Source: Octopus vulgaris
Lineage: Eukaryota
Reading direction: 5' to 3'
Length of the DNA stretch: 64,000 nt
Assembly: GCA_951406725.2 (NCBI GenBank)
Contig: OX597814.1
Span: 115,444,001-115,508,000 of the forward strand
Made by a program: the position numbers and the translations under genes. This document shows positions 13,596 to 61,600 of the stretch, one piece after another. A model generated the notes under the pieces. The model worked only from the letters and a program-made list of their open reading frames with translations. It did no database searches and was not told the origin of the DNA. How positions within the stretch are numbered: position 1 is the stretch's first letter; every line of letters starts with the position of its first letter.

Positions 13596-15915
13596 ACGCC
13601 TTCTAGGAGACGGAAACTCCAAAAATTAAACCAGGATTACAGGAATCTTATATCCTATGTTGGAGATCTTGCCAGTGATGGTGTCACGCGAAAAAATACT
13701 GATGATTGTGCAACCTAAAATGAACTAACCCTCATCATGAGTACTGAAATGTCAAATAAAAATAGAAAGGAGAACGGCTTGAATGAGGCTGGAACACCTT
13801 GTGAAGGTCTCTCGCCCGGCGGGTGCCCCACAGGTGAGCAGCGTAGGCTCAGGCGTAATCAAGCAACTGCTAAAAGAAGGTGAACGAAAGAAATGAATGT
13901 AGCTGTAATGGAGTGCTACTTTCTGGGTGATCCGAGAAATGATAATGAAGTACCCGCTAGGGGATATAGGAAAATAATGCACAGGGCATAGTGCGACAGA
14001 GGTCTATTTGAATTAAGTGGACAAAATCTGTGTGACCAAGCGAGAGCCATAAAAAAAAAATTTATATTTATCCTCAGTTGAATTAGAAAGCATTAAGAGA
14101 CGGGTGCTTAGGGATAGTAAGACCAGCAGTGAACGGAAGGATGAGGAACAAAATGAAGATAGTGAATCTATAGCAGTAGAGTTAAAAGAAGAAAACGAGT
14201 ATGAGGCTGAGATTATTGATCAGAAAAGTGATGGAAGAACCGAAGAACAAATATCCATTTTAAATTAAATCATTGATATTTGAACCTCTGGTGAACAGTG
14301 CTTTCATACGGGGTTTAAAATTGCAGACAGAAAGAAATTCAATGAGTGGGTCATGAAGATAAATGCTATCACTGGTGATATCAGGACTGACATCACAGGC
14401 ACCAACAATCTGATAAATGCAATCTCGATCTTTATAGCCCGGAAATTAGGTTTGAAAGCCAAAGGTAAATGTCAACATAACCTGAAGGTACCATGGTAGA
14501 AAAGGAGAATAACATAGTCTATTAAAGAGACCAGAAAACATTAATATTCTGGAACGGAAAAAAAGAAATGAAGTTCAACGAGAGAAATATGTTGAGCTAG
14601 AGAGGAAGTATAGGGTGAAGAGAAAGGGATTCAATGTTGTGATTGAGGAATTAAAACAGGTTGAAAGCTAAAGCACATAAACTAAAGAGATATGAGCAGA
14701 GAATTGAGATACACAGATTAAACAGATTTTTCGATGAAAATCAGAAACGAGTCTATCAGGAACTGGATGGGAAATAAAAAGGTGAAAAGGCCGTACCGGA
14801 TGCTGAAGAAAGCAAAAGATTCTGCTCAAACATATGGTCTCGGGAGAAACAACACGAAACTGAAGCAGTATGGTTAAAGACACTCAAAGAGGAGAATGGA
14901 AAATATTAGCAGGAGGATTTGAGAGTAACCGAGGAGATGATTAGAGGTAAGTGCAGTATAATTCCTAACTGGAAAGCGTCTGGCCAAAAGCCCTGAGGGC
15001 TTTTGGCTTAAAAACTTGACAGTTCTGCACAGGAGAATTTCGAGACAGATGTATGAAATACTGAATAGTGAGAATCAAGTGTCGACCTGGATGACAAAAG
15101 GAAGAACGGTACTATGCCAGTAGGGCCCAAGTAAAGGGAATGCGGTTGGAAACTTCCGACCAATATATTGTTTGCCACTGATGTGGAAACTGATGACGGG
15201 CATCATATCAAACAGCATTTATAAGTAGTTAGATGAGAACGACCTACTACCAATGGAACAAAGTGTGTAGATGTAAGAGCAGAGGAACGAAGGATCAATT
15301 ACCAATCGATACGACTATCCTGGCTGACTGCAAAAAGAGACACAAGAATTTGGTGAAGGCATGGGTGGACTACAGGAAAGCATATGACATGGTCCCACAC
15401 TCGTGGATTATTGAATGCCTTAAACTGCTTATGGTATCCCACAATATCCTGAAGTTAATACAAAACTCAAAGACAACGTGGCGAACTGAACTCACAGCGT
15501 GGGGAGATAAGCTGGGAGAAGTAAATATCGAAAGAGGAATCTTTCAAGGGGACAATCTGTCGCCTCTCCTATTTGTTGTCTGCATACTGCCACTAACGGG
15601 CGTTTTAAGAAAGATGCGTATGGGGTACATGCTAGCCAGGGTGAAAGTAAACAACCTGTTGTCTTTGGACGACCTAAAGCTATTTGCTAAGACAGAAAGA
15701 AAGTGAGAGTTTGACAGCAACCGTGTTGATGATTAGCAAAGATATTGGCGTGGTGTAATGATTCTCAAAAGGGGGAAAATCAGTAAAAGTCATGGGATCA
15801 AGCTGGAAAGTGGTGAAACTATAAAGGAAGTCGGAGAGGAAGGACATAAGTTCCTGAGTATCATTGAAAGGGATAAGACGAATGAACACAAGATGAAAGA
15901 AATGTACAGGAAAGA

Positions 15916-15916
<1 letters not shown>
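13596..15916 (+). mobile_element. Decayed R4/Dong-like non-LTR retrotransposon
   Basis: RT motifs [39 protein letters not shown] and [11 protein letters not shown]. Many stops and frameshifts. Bounded on both sides by (TAA)n. Confidence 0.82.
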
Positions 15917-15995
<79 letters not shown>

Positions 15996-16026
15996 AAGAA
16001 GAAGAAGAAGAAGAAGAAGAAGAAGA

Positions 16027-16388
16027 GCACTCAGAGAGCGCAAACCTCCACCAAGGAAACACCAACGTCCTCTCAACGATTAGCCAGATATTATTTTTAA
16101 AAAGGAGAATATCTGAAATAAACTCGACCGCTCTCACAAACGAGAATACTAGAAATGAACCCGACCGCTCTCAAAAATTAAGTAAAAAGGCAGGAAAAAT
16201 AATCCAGAATCTTTGTCCGGTACCGGATCGATCCCAAAACTTATTCGCTTCGTGCTCGTCACGCGGCCAAACATCCCTGAAACTTTTATCCGAATCCATC
16301 CGGCAGTTCTTGAGATATCTTGTCCACGGACAAACAAACAAGCAAACACAACTGAAAACAATATCTCAACTTTCGCTAAGGTGGAGAT
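16027..16388 (-). mobile_element. Helentron/DINE-1-like non-autonomous element
   Basis: Minus strand atctccaccttagcgaaagttgagat (short IR), then a (gttt)n-like tract and gatatctcaagaactgccggatggattcggat. A similar fragment lies near 61900-62070. Confidence 0.5.
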
Positions 16389-16404
16389 GATGATGATGAT
16401 GATG

Positions 16405-16466
<62 letters not shown>

Positions 16467-17419
16467 TCCTAGTGTCGATTCATTCTTCAAGGCGGTGCCC
16501 CAGCATGGCTGCAGTCTGATGACTAAAACGAGTCAAAGAAACCTAAAAAAGTCATGAGTTTAACATTATACGACGGTTATACAATATATGATGCAAAGAG
16601 GTAGGGAGTGATAGCATTTTCAAGTTCTAATAAAGAATTACCATGAAATAACTGGATTACTGTTTATTGATAATTTATTGAATCTAGGAGGAGGCGCAAT
16701 GACCCAGTGGTTAGGGTAGTGGGCTCGCGATCGTAGTATCGCGGTTTCGATTCCCAGACCGGTAGTTGTGAGTGTTTATTGAGCGGAAACACCTAAAACT
16801 CCATGAGGCTCCGGCAGGAGATGGCAGTGAACCCTGCTGAACTCTTTCACCACATCTTTCTCTCACTCCTTCTTCCTGTTTTTGTTGTACCTGTTTTTCA
16901 AAGGGTCAGCCTTGTCACACTCTGTGTTACGCTTAATCTCCTCGAGAACTACGTTAAGGGTGCACGTGTCTGTGGAGTGCTCAGCCACTTGCGCATTAAT
17001 TTCGCGAGCATGCTGGAACCTTCGTCGCCGTAACCAACGGAGTGCCACGCATTGACTCTAGGATGATTTCATTCAAGAAAAAGAGGTCTGGTTTAAAAAA
17101 GAAATGTTGAGGAATTCGAACTCAAAACGTGAAGACGGACGAAATGCTACTAAGCAGTTTGTCCGGCGTATTAACGATTCTGATAGCTCGTCGTCTTAAA
17201 TAAAAGCAGTTTTATTGATGTTCATTTTAAACTGTTTCAGATCAACGCCTGCAGGAAAGATATAGCTGAGGATGTGGTTAGTGTGAAGATGGTGAAGTGG
17301 ATGCAGCAACGGTGATGAGATGTAGTTGGCGTGCCTAAGTTGAGGTGGTACGGGACTAGCTGGCTCCCAGGAATAGAGGCCATTAGAGAAACGGCACGCT
17401 CGTGAACCAAGGGCTATAT

Positions 17420-18090
17420 CAGTGATTTTCAACCGGGGTCCATATAAGATTTTGGGGGATCCACCCAACAAACTTATAAGTTGGGGATTTACAATAGTAA
17501 GTAGGACCTCTGGAAAAATTTTAGATGTATGTATTGGCAGTGGCGGACTGGTTAGGTTGCCAGCTTGCTCGATGGCAAGTGGGCCCCTGCACCATAAGAA
17601 TCCATATAGGGAGGGACCATGTTAATATCTAAGGGGCCCATCCCCTCAAGTCTGAGAATATAATTTTTTATTCACTCCTGGAAGAATGCATTAATTATTT
17701 CAGCCTGGCTGTGTTTGTAGACAGTTGAAAAGAATACTTTTAACAAAAAAAATTAAGTCATAGCATTGTAGTTGCGGGTGGGCCCCCTTGTAGCTGCAGG
17801 TGGGCCCCCTTGTAATTGCGGGTGAGCCACCCTTGTAGTTGCGAGTGGGTTCCCTTAGTCTCCTGGCAACCAATATTTTTAGACCCAGTCCGCCACTGTG
17901 TATTGGTGTATATTGCAAGAAACAACTAGGCTTCTTTCTCTAACAGTTTACATAGTTCAACTTACACAAGTTCATGTGTAGGTTGAACTACACATAGGAA
18001 TTTTTAAATATCAAATGGTGATGAAGAGATCCACCAGAATAATATAGTAATAAATAGGGTACACAGATAAAAAATGGTTGAGAACCCCTG
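17420..18090. mobile_element. Non-autonomous hAT element (outer)
   Basis: TIRs cagtgattttcaacc / ggttgagaacccctg. 8-bp TSD ggctatat / ggctagat. Confidence 0.8.
17538..17898. mobile_element. Non-autonomous hAT element nested in the previous one
   Basis: Perfect 14-bp TIR cagtggcggactgg / ccagtccgccactg, perfect 8-bp TSD tgtattgg, and subterminal repeats of about 22 bp (gggccccct-type). Confidence 0.9.
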
Positions 18091-18375
18091 GGCTAGATCA
18101 TATCTGTTAGTGATTGAGCATCAGTCAGTTGAGTGACCCTTCTCTGGATGCAACCCAGGATGTCTGCGTGTGCATAGTAGTTGCACCGTCCTTGATTTGG
18201 GATCAGTACATCACTGTGGGCCTCTCTTGGAACTTTAGAGAGTGTCAAAAATTGTTGAACACTGAAATAATGTCTGGCCTTCAAGAGGTTCTTGCTATAT
18301 GAAAAGATCCGAGTTATGTTAAAATCCTAGCCATGTTCTAACAGCAATCTTTGCAATGACACATATGCCAAACTA

Positions 18376-18503
18376 CAGGGGTGGGTAAAAGTAGGTATAC
18401 AGTTGCTTAATATGAGTGGAATGTTATTTTCATTTCTTTATTTTATTACTAAAGCTATTCCGCTCATATTAAGCAACTGTATATCTATTTTTGCTCTGAC
18501 CTG
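18376..18503. mobile_element. Tc1/mariner-type MITE
   Basis: Starts TA|caggg. Imperfect inverted arms of about 45 bp (atacagttgcttaatatgagtggaat / attccgctcatattaagcaactgtat). Confidence 0.65.
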
Positions 18504-19661
18504 CATATTGGCCTTGCTTTCTTTGATAACACATTGGTGGTGTGGAAGGGTGCACTTGCATTCAAGGGTAACAATCAACCCCTTCAGTCACTTTCTCCAA
18601 TGTATTGGACAATTTTTCAGCATAAATTACAACAGAAATATAAATTATAATTGAGTCGCAGTTACCAATTCATTGGACACCTCTAAAGTGCCTACATAAC
18701 CAAGACCACGTGATTCTGACTCAGTGTTTGCTCGCAAGTCATTGAGAATGGCTGCGTCTTCTCGTAAATCTCACAGATCTAAGTAAACTGGTATTTTTTA
18801 CCTAGTGTTAGCAAAATTTTTATTTATCCATGCCAAAAATTATGCATATTGAATATTGAATTCTTTAAAAATGTACTCAATATGTGTTATCTACCTGTAT
18901 ATTGGTATAAATAAAAAATTTAAATTATAAAATAGCTTTACTTTTTTTATTCGTGACTGAATAGTTGATCTTTCACAAAAACAATCTTTCTCGTGTCTGC
19001 ACTTCGGAGGTGAATTTTCTGAGTGTAGTAGTACCGATACTCAGACCATCAATGACAAATGAAAAGGTGTAATGAAATATATTTGTGAAATGGTGGAATG
19101 ATTGTATCAAGATATTGAGATAGGAGCATTGCAAATTCGTAACCAGGTCTAGGTGTTCTGTGGAGTTTCCAAACAAAATATTCCATTATCTTTTGGAAAA
19201 TTTACTTGTCAAGAGAAAAGGGAGAATGGTCATAACTGAAATGCTTTAGATTGTGTCTGCGCAATCAGAGCTGATCTGGGGTTAAACAGCAACAGAACTA
19301 AATTATGGTCAGTATAAGCAGAGATAATCCAAGAACATTACTTTTATAAACTATTGGACAAAAAATGCGTGTTATTCTTACTCTGGACTTAATACCTTCA
19401 GGATAAATGCTGCTCTTAGTTCCGGTTCAAATTGTCCGTGTTTTGCCTCCCAAACTGTCAGTCTAATTATCTGTCTGAACTTTAATATCGATGTTGCTGT
19501 GAGAGAAAAGATTTTCTTCCTTGATGTGGTAAGTACAAAAGTCATTTGGTCCAAAAACCGAAGACCAATTTTGTAGGGAACAAGTGCAGCCGATCGAATT
19601 CGGTCCCAGAATATAACTAGAAATGATATGTAGAGCAAAATATTTCCTTCTTTTAAACGTA

Positions 19662-20022
19662 CTAGCAGTATCGCCCGGCGTTGCTCGGGTTTGTTTTGAC
19701 CCTTTAGAATTGGAATTTTTGAAAAGTAAAAATTTTGCCTTATGTAGCTTATTCTCTTTAAGTGAACATTTTTCTGGTTGAAATACACCGAAAAATGGCA
19801 ACACAGCAGTCAAAAAATCGTACAAAATAGGGATTTTCATAGAAAAAAAGCACCTTTTTTTATGTAAATAATTATTGGTGTTAACATGGAAGGAAGAGCA
19901 AGCCTTCTTCTATCATACTCACAATTTTGGTCAATTTGTGCCGCAGGGTCTTGGAGGAGATGGTTTTAGTTGAAGGCTACCAAACCTGCCATAAACAGAC
20001 AACTTCAGCTTTATATATAGAG
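19662..20022 (-). mobile_element. Non-autonomous Helitron-like element, copy 3
   Basis: Same family: cccgagcaacgccggg hairpin followed by CTAG. Confidence 0.75.
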
Positions 20023-20699
20023 ATTACGCAGAAGATGCAAAATAACTCTCCTCTGTGTAATTTAGTCCAACATACTTTCACGAAGCATGTAATTAACAAC
20101 AGATTTTTAAAAATCTTGGAGGTTTGCAATAGTTTGGAAGGTTTTTTTCTCACTTATTGAGTATGGAGAAAGAGAAAGTGTCCGTGATTTTGTAAGACCT
20201 CTAAGAACAATGAGACTGGCGCCCATAATGTTCTGTTTAAATTGTGGTGATAACTGTAAGCATGAACTGGGTGTAAATAACATCAGCTCTATGGGCTCTC
20301 TGGAAATTCCTTCCAATCCATGTCTTTCTCGAATGTGCTGGCTTATAAAGATTCAAGAAGAGCATTGATGGCATCAGTCTCACTGGTCTTGGAGGGTTTG
20401 TGTAAACGATGGGTATTCTTTCTCTAGACCCAGAAAGTAAAAACAACAAATGAAAGTAGTAATATCGCCATTTAACGACAACCCAGACATCTCAAGACAC
20501 AGAAACAACTTCAAGTTGTTATAATTAGATTCAAGAAGACAGCATGAAGAATCTTATCAAGCATTTCTTTCAAAAACTAAACACCAAATACCACAGAGAT
20601 AAGACAGAAACACAACACCAAATTTAACATGAAATGCCTCACAAAATCACATAGGAATTCAAACTAATACACTCAACCACTACTCCACCTAATACAAAA

Positions 20700-21300
20700 G
20701 AAATGCGTGATGGCTTCAGCAAACACAAAAAAAGCAGTTGAGGCATTCTTAATGTCACTGACATCAACAAAGCTTCCAACTACGTTCCCTGACAATCACT
20801 TGCATACAAAATGCTCAACATCTTCATAAGAACTAACACAAAATTCTGGCTACCAAACAATCTTTCAGTTCAACAAATTTATATAAAAAGAAAACATATG
20901 AAGAATTTTCAATTTCGCAAATAGAACACCACAAGAATATTTTCACCCACAGTTTTTAACTCTGTGCCTAGATAACCATCACACATGTTAAGGACAACAA
21001 TACTTGCCTCACCACAATTATCTAAATTAAGATAGAAGTATTCATTTATTACATGCAGAGGTTCATCAGGGCAGCATGACGTACGGAAACCACGCTGCTT
21101 GTCAGAAAACAAAATGATTCAGGGTACAATACAAAAACATGATGGATCAAGAACTTAAAGACCTTATAGATAATAGAGAGAGGATTCCTTGGGTAATGGT
21201 TATGAAGATTAGAATGTTCATCCGAGTTTTTGAAAACATGAATAACAGGTAGGATGAGTTTGATCAGAATCAAAGCATTTCAGAACACTCTGGAGTATCG
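20700..21300 (-). mobile_element. Highly decayed LINE RT fragments
   Basis: FSDKQRGFR..LDNCGEASIVVLNM resembles RT domains 2a-3. Confidence 0.5.
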
Positions 21301-21386
21301 TCAGAACCAACACTTGTATCAGGAACTTACTTTTGTCACCACAAATTAAGAAGTTATACTCAAGTTAGATAAGGTAACATCATATA

Positions 21387-21951
21387 TTGGGTTGTCCGGA
21401 AAGTTCATGCCAATTTTTAAAGGAAAGAAAAAGGTCAATAAATACTTGCCATTACATTTTTAATCAACCAAATATGAACTATTTTGTTGCACAATGCATC
21501 TCTATCTTTTCTTTAACTTGAAAATACCCTCTTCCCAGAATTGAAGGGGTTTCATGGCAAAGAATTCATCAAGGTATTTTTTACGTCATCCAAGGAATTC
21601 AAATTTTTACCATTAAGACTATTCTGCAGAGACCTGAATAAGTGGAAATCCGAAGGAGCAATATCTAGTGAATATGGAGGGTGGGGTAACACACCCCAGC
21701 CGAGCGGCAGCAATTTTTGTCTGGTTTCCAAAGCATCAAGTGCCGAAAATGAACTTTCTTATCTTCCATTTTAAAGGGTTATAGAATTAACACAAGTTAT
21801 AGGAACATAAACCTTCTCCCACGAAAAGATAGCTTAAACTGTGCCCCAAATGGAGGTGTAGTCAAATCCTATTTTATGTACTCAGCCATATCCTAAAATA
21901 AGTCGAAAGGTAAGCTACTATAAATTGGCACCAACTTTCCGGACAACCCAA
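21387..21951 (-). mobile_element. Internally deleted mariner element with TIRs and TA target duplication
   Basis: TA|ttgggttgtccggaaagttcatgccaattt ... aaattggcaccaactttccggacaacccaa|TA. The minus strand reads HPPYSLDIAPSDFHLFRSLQN. Confidence 0.9.
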
Positions 21952-23119
21952 TATTTCGATGAAACAAAGCTAGAAGTAATGAAAAACAACTAAGTAAACA
22001 ATTTTGCTTTGTCTTTAGATAGGATAATGTTTATATTACAATATTTATTTCTTTATTGCCCACAAAGGGCTAAACATAGAGGGGACAGACAAAGGGATTA
22101 AGTCGATTATATCGACCCCAGTGCGCAACTGGTACTTATTTAATCGACCCCGAAAGGATGAAAGGCAAAGTCGACCTCGGCGGAATTTGAACTCAGAACA
22201 TAGCGGCAGACGAAATACAGCTAGGCATTTCGCCCGGTGTGCTCTGCCAGTTCGCCACCGAGCATTTTGCTCGGTGTGCTAACGATTCTGCCAGCTCGAT
22301 GCCCTATATTACAATATTGCAATAACCAATAATATGCTGTGCATGTATAGTTATATTACAATCATGAAATTAGCATTAGCTTATCTCACTCTTTCTCATG
22401 GAATCCCTAGGAACCTTTTGCGGAAGCTTAGGGTTCTGTGGAACCCCGGTTGAGAAATGCTGAGTTAAGTGGATATAATAAAGCTGGATCAATGATCTAT
22501 TGATAGAACCTCGTCGTTTGATTTACTATTGATCTGTCATAAACAAAGTCAATGGATCACTGCTTTGAGCCTCATCAGTTGATCGACAAACTATCAGTAA
22601 TCAATCACAGTTGAGTTAATGTTCAATAACAGCATGAACATCATCGACGACGACGACGACGGCGGCGGCAGCGGCGGCAACGGCGGCAGCGACGGCGACG
22701 ACGACGACGACGACGGTGCAGGCGCAATGGCCCAATGGTTAGGGCAGCGGACTCGCCGTCGGAGGATCGCGGCTTCGATTCCCAGACCGGGCGTTGCGTG
22801 TGTTTATTGAGCAAAAACACCTAAAGCTCCACGATGCTCCGTCAGGGGGGGGGGCGACCCCTGTTGTACTCTTTCGCTCCAACTTTCTCTCACTCTTTCT
22901 TCCTGTTTCTTGTCCCCGACTTCCTACGCAACCGCTGAGCCTGGATGCGCATTCATCTATCCGTCGATGCTCTCGGTGTCGGGGTTAACCTTTCTCTTCT
23001 GCGGATCTTACCAATAGCAAAGGACCACGTTTCGGACTTCTCCCACTACAGCTGGGATGAAGACCGCTTCACTCAACAAACAATCAACAACAACACACAT
23101 GTATCATTAAAAATAATAT

Positions 23120-23606
23120 TTTGGCTTTATTAGTTATTATTTTCAACAAACTCTATTAAAATTATTGATAGGATCTTTCAAAAAAAGTAAATCTAAGTTT
23201 TTATTTTATCTCTTCATTTTCCCTCGAGGGAAAGGAATCTGTATTCTTTAATTTTTCTTTCCATGTTTTTTTTTTCTGGGTCCATTTTTGCTCGCTTGCT
23301 TTTTTTTTTCCATAATTTAAACCATTTCAATTATTGTTAATTGGAGAAAATGAATAAGTGTTAATTAATCCAGGCTTATTAACAGTCATATAAATAGAAG
23401 TTATTTCTCCTAAGTAAAATATTAATCATATAAATTACAAATAATAAAAATAACAACAACAAAAATTGAAAATGAAAATGTTACAAAAGGTTTTTTACAT
23501 AATTAATAATAATTAATTAAAGAAAATTAGTAAAACCCTAAAACGAAAAATATGCAAACATTCTAATATGTTTTGCTATCAGCACAGCTGTATGACATTG
23601 CATATG
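23120..23606 (-). promoter_or_regulatory. Probable UCK 3' UTR with candidate polyadenylation signals
   Basis: Unique AT-rich sequence after the stop codon. Minus-strand AATAAA (plus tttatt) near 23200 and 23126. The transcript end is unverified. Confidence 0.45.
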
Positions 23607-57949
<34,343 letters not shown>

Positions 57950-57993
57950 CTGCAAGAAGAGAAATGAAACATGTCAGAGACACATCGGATAAG

Positions 57994-58083
57994 TTTGGAA
58001 GGTAAATAATATTTGGAAGATAAATAATATTTGGAAGATTAATAATATTTGGATGGTAAATGATATTTGGAAGATAAATAATA
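57994..58083. repeat. 18-bp minisatellite (5 units)
   Basis: Consensus tttggaagrtaaataata. Confidence 0.9.
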
Positions 58084-58273
58084 ATTATGGCATGCAGAAA
58101 TTGACCCAATGTTATTTAATTATTAACTATTTCAGAGACTTATTACAGCATAGCTAAGATATCAGTAACTTTTAAGATTCACCCAATAGAATTTATACCA
58201 AAAAACTTATTATTCAGAGTTGCACAATTACAAATTTCTCCCAATAAAGTTAGCAGCTTCATTATATAACACA

Positions 58274-58617
58274 CTAGCAGTATTGCCCGGCGTTGCTCGG
58301 ATTTGTTTCGACCCTTTAGAATTGGAATTTTTAGAAAGTAAAAATTTTGCATTATTTTTCTGGTTGAAATACACAGAAAAATGGTGACACAGCAGAGGGA
58401 TTTTCATAGAAAAAAAGCACCTTTTTGATGTAAATAATTTTTGGTGTTAACATGGTCCAATTTGAAGTTTTTCTTCTATGGAAGTAAGAGCAAGCCTTTT
58501 TCTATCATACTCTCAATTTGGGTCAACTTGCGCTGCAGGGTCTTGGAGGAGATAGTGTTAGTTGAAGGCTACCAAACCTGCCATACACAGACAACTTCAG
58601 CTTTATATATGGAGAGA
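58274..58617 (-). mobile_element. Non-autonomous Helitron-like element, copy 4
   Basis: Same family, with internal deletions. Confidence 0.75.
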
Positions 58618-61600
58618 TTATATTATATTATTGTACTCCACCAAGGCCAATTTTACTTCCATCCTTTTGAAGTAAATAAAATAAGTACCAGTTAAACACT
58701 GGGGCAATGTAATCAATGGGCACCCCCTCCAACCAAAATTTCAAGCCTTGTGCCAACAGTAGAAAGGATTACTATATCGTAATTGAATTATATTATATAA
58801 TACTATATAACATGATTATACAACATTTTACTGTCAGAATATCTCCTAGCAATAACATGGTTTGGAACCTAATCACTCAGTTTGAAAAATCTGGATGGAT
58901 CAGTTGGCAATTTTCCAGGAAGTGGTCCTAAGTGCATTGTGCACATTGACACAGCAGTGGAAGCTGAGTGTCCTTAGGATACAAGGCAGCAAGCTGGGAG
59001 AAACGTTAGCACGCCAGGTGAAATGCTTAGTGGTATTTCATCTGCCACTACGTTCTGAGTTCAAATTCCGTAGAGATTGACTTTGCCTTTCATCCTTTCA
59101 GGGTCAATTAAATAAGTACCAGTTACACACTGGGGTCGATATAATCGAGTTAATCCCTTTGTCTGTCCTTCTTTGTCCTCTCTGTGTTCAGCCTCTTGTG
59201 GGTAGTAAAGAAATAGGTATTTTGTCTGCAGCTACGTTCCGAGTTCAAATTACGCTGAGGTCGACTTTGCCTTTCAACCGTTTGGAGTCGATTAAATAAG
59301 TACCAGTTACGCACTGGGGTCGATATAATCGACTTAACCCCTTTGTCTGTCCTTGTTTGTCCCCTCTATGTTTAGCCCCTTGTGGGTAATAAAGAAATAA
59401 GAGTATCCTTAGGATTCATCAGCCTCTACGCTTCATCACTCTGCTCAACTAAGCATCGCCAGAACATCACTTCACAAGATTCTGAAACTGGATTTTAAAA
59501 TGTTTCCATCCAAATAAAATAATAACACAATAAAAAACCACGTGTTTGTAAAAGTTATTTTTGTTTTATTTCATTCAATCTTTCAGTGGGCACCCTGTAG
59601 AATATTATAGCATTATTTATGATCATTTCAAGCAGACACTCCATTTAATTGGTGTCACTCCCAATTGGTTGAAGACCCCTGGCTGCTAATCAGATGGTAC
59701 AGAGGCCCATGTGTGATGAATTCAAATGCAGGAGACTGCATGAAGAAAGGAGATGAGCTCTTCATCAACACCTTGTGGCAGTTATTCAGGGTCACTTTTA
59801 GTGCCATCAGTGTCACAGGGTATTCCTATCTTGTATTGGTCTTGACAGCTATATCCATTCTCATAAGAAAGAAGGTACTGGAGGTGGAGAAGGGTGAATG
59901 TCTTGGATTGAGACTGTCATAAGCAGTAAGCACATTCTTTTACTTGTTTTAATTATTTGACTGCAGCCATGCTGGAGCGCCACCTTCAGTCGAACAAATC
60001 AACTGCAGGATTTATTCTTTGTAAGCCGAGTACTTATTCTATCGGTCTCTTTTGTCAAGCCGCTAAGTGACGGGGACATAAGCAAACCAACATCAGTTGT
60101 CAAGCGATGGTGAGCGGACAAACACAGATACAAATAATAAACACACACATACATATATAAATACATATATATATCATCATCATCATCATCATCGTTTAAC
60201 GTCCGTTCTCCATGCTAGCATGGGTTGGACGGTTCAACCAGGGATCTGGGAAGCCAGAAGGCTGCACCAGGCTCCAGTCCCATCTGGCAGTGTTTCTACA
60301 GCTGGATGCCTTTCCTAACGCCAACCACTCCGTGAGTGTAGTGGGTGCTTTTTACATGCCACCTACACAGGTGCCAGGCGAGGCTGGCAACAGCCACGGT
60401 TGGATTGGTGCATTTTACGTGCCACCAGCATGGAAGCCAGTCGAGGCGGCACTGGCATCGACCACGATTCGGATGGTGCTTTTTACGTGCCACCGGCACG
60501 GAAGCCAGTCGAGGCGGCGCTAATAGGCTTCTTTCAGTTTCCATCTATTAAATCCACTTACAAGGCTTTGGTTAGCCTGAGGCAATAGTAGAAGATACTT
60601 ACCCAAGATTCCATGCAGTGGGACTGAACCCGAAACCATGTGGTTGGGAAGCAAGCTTCTTACCATACAGCCACTCCACACAGACACAGTATTATCATAT
60701 TGTATTATATTTCATAACAGCATTGTATTTTATAATATCATTATGTTATATTATTAAAAAAAATAAATAAAAACGCTCTTTTAATGCCTAGCCAGGCTCA
60801 TGGGCCCGGTTTCAATGGCGTATGTGTTCCCCAGCTGGACAGGACGCCAGTCCATCGCAGTGTTACTCATTTTTGCCAGCTGAGTGGATTGGAGCAACGT
60901 GAAATGAAGTGTTTTGCTCAAGAACACAACGCGTCGCCTGGTCCAGGAATCGAAACCACAATCTTACAATCATGGTGCTGACGCCCTAACCACTAAGCCA
61001 CACGCCTCCACATGTTATATTATATAACATTATTATATTATACAGCATTATTATATAAATTTTTTTAAAAACCATCAGAGGGGTGATACATATCCTGCAC
61101 GCAGATAATTGTTTTGCGAATTATTTTCACAAAAACATTAAAATATGAGTTGGCAAAGAAATTTGAATGTTATTTTAGAGGGTTTGGAATTAAAATTAAG
61201 AAAAAATAACATAAAATGAAGATTCTTCTTCAATTTTTCACTGAAGAATCATGTGTGTTCAAAAACAAAAAAAAACTTTCTATTTCAATAGTTTTACAAT
61301 GAAATGCTTAAATACAAGTTGACAAAGAAAATCAAAAGTAGTTTTGGAAAGTTCAACATACAATTTGCATATGATTAAAACTTGCAAATGACTAACTGAA
61401 TGATTATTCAAATAATCATCATCAACATCATCATCCTTTAACATCCATTGTCCATGCTGGTATGGGTTGGACAATTTGACTGGGCTGGTATGCTGCATCA
61501 GATTCCAGTCTGATCTGACATGGTTTTCTATGGCTTGATGCCCTTCCTAATGCCAGCCACTCGGAGAGTGTACTTTTACATGTGAAAAAGAAAGTGAGCA

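Larger units (their letters stand above)
17240..18295 (-). mobile_element. Old LINE RT C-terminal remnant split by the hAT insertion
   Basis: KARHYFSVQQFLTL and ILGCIQRRVTQLTD resemble Jockey/CR1-group C-termini, and the sequence appears to continue across the hAT element. Confidence 0.5.
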
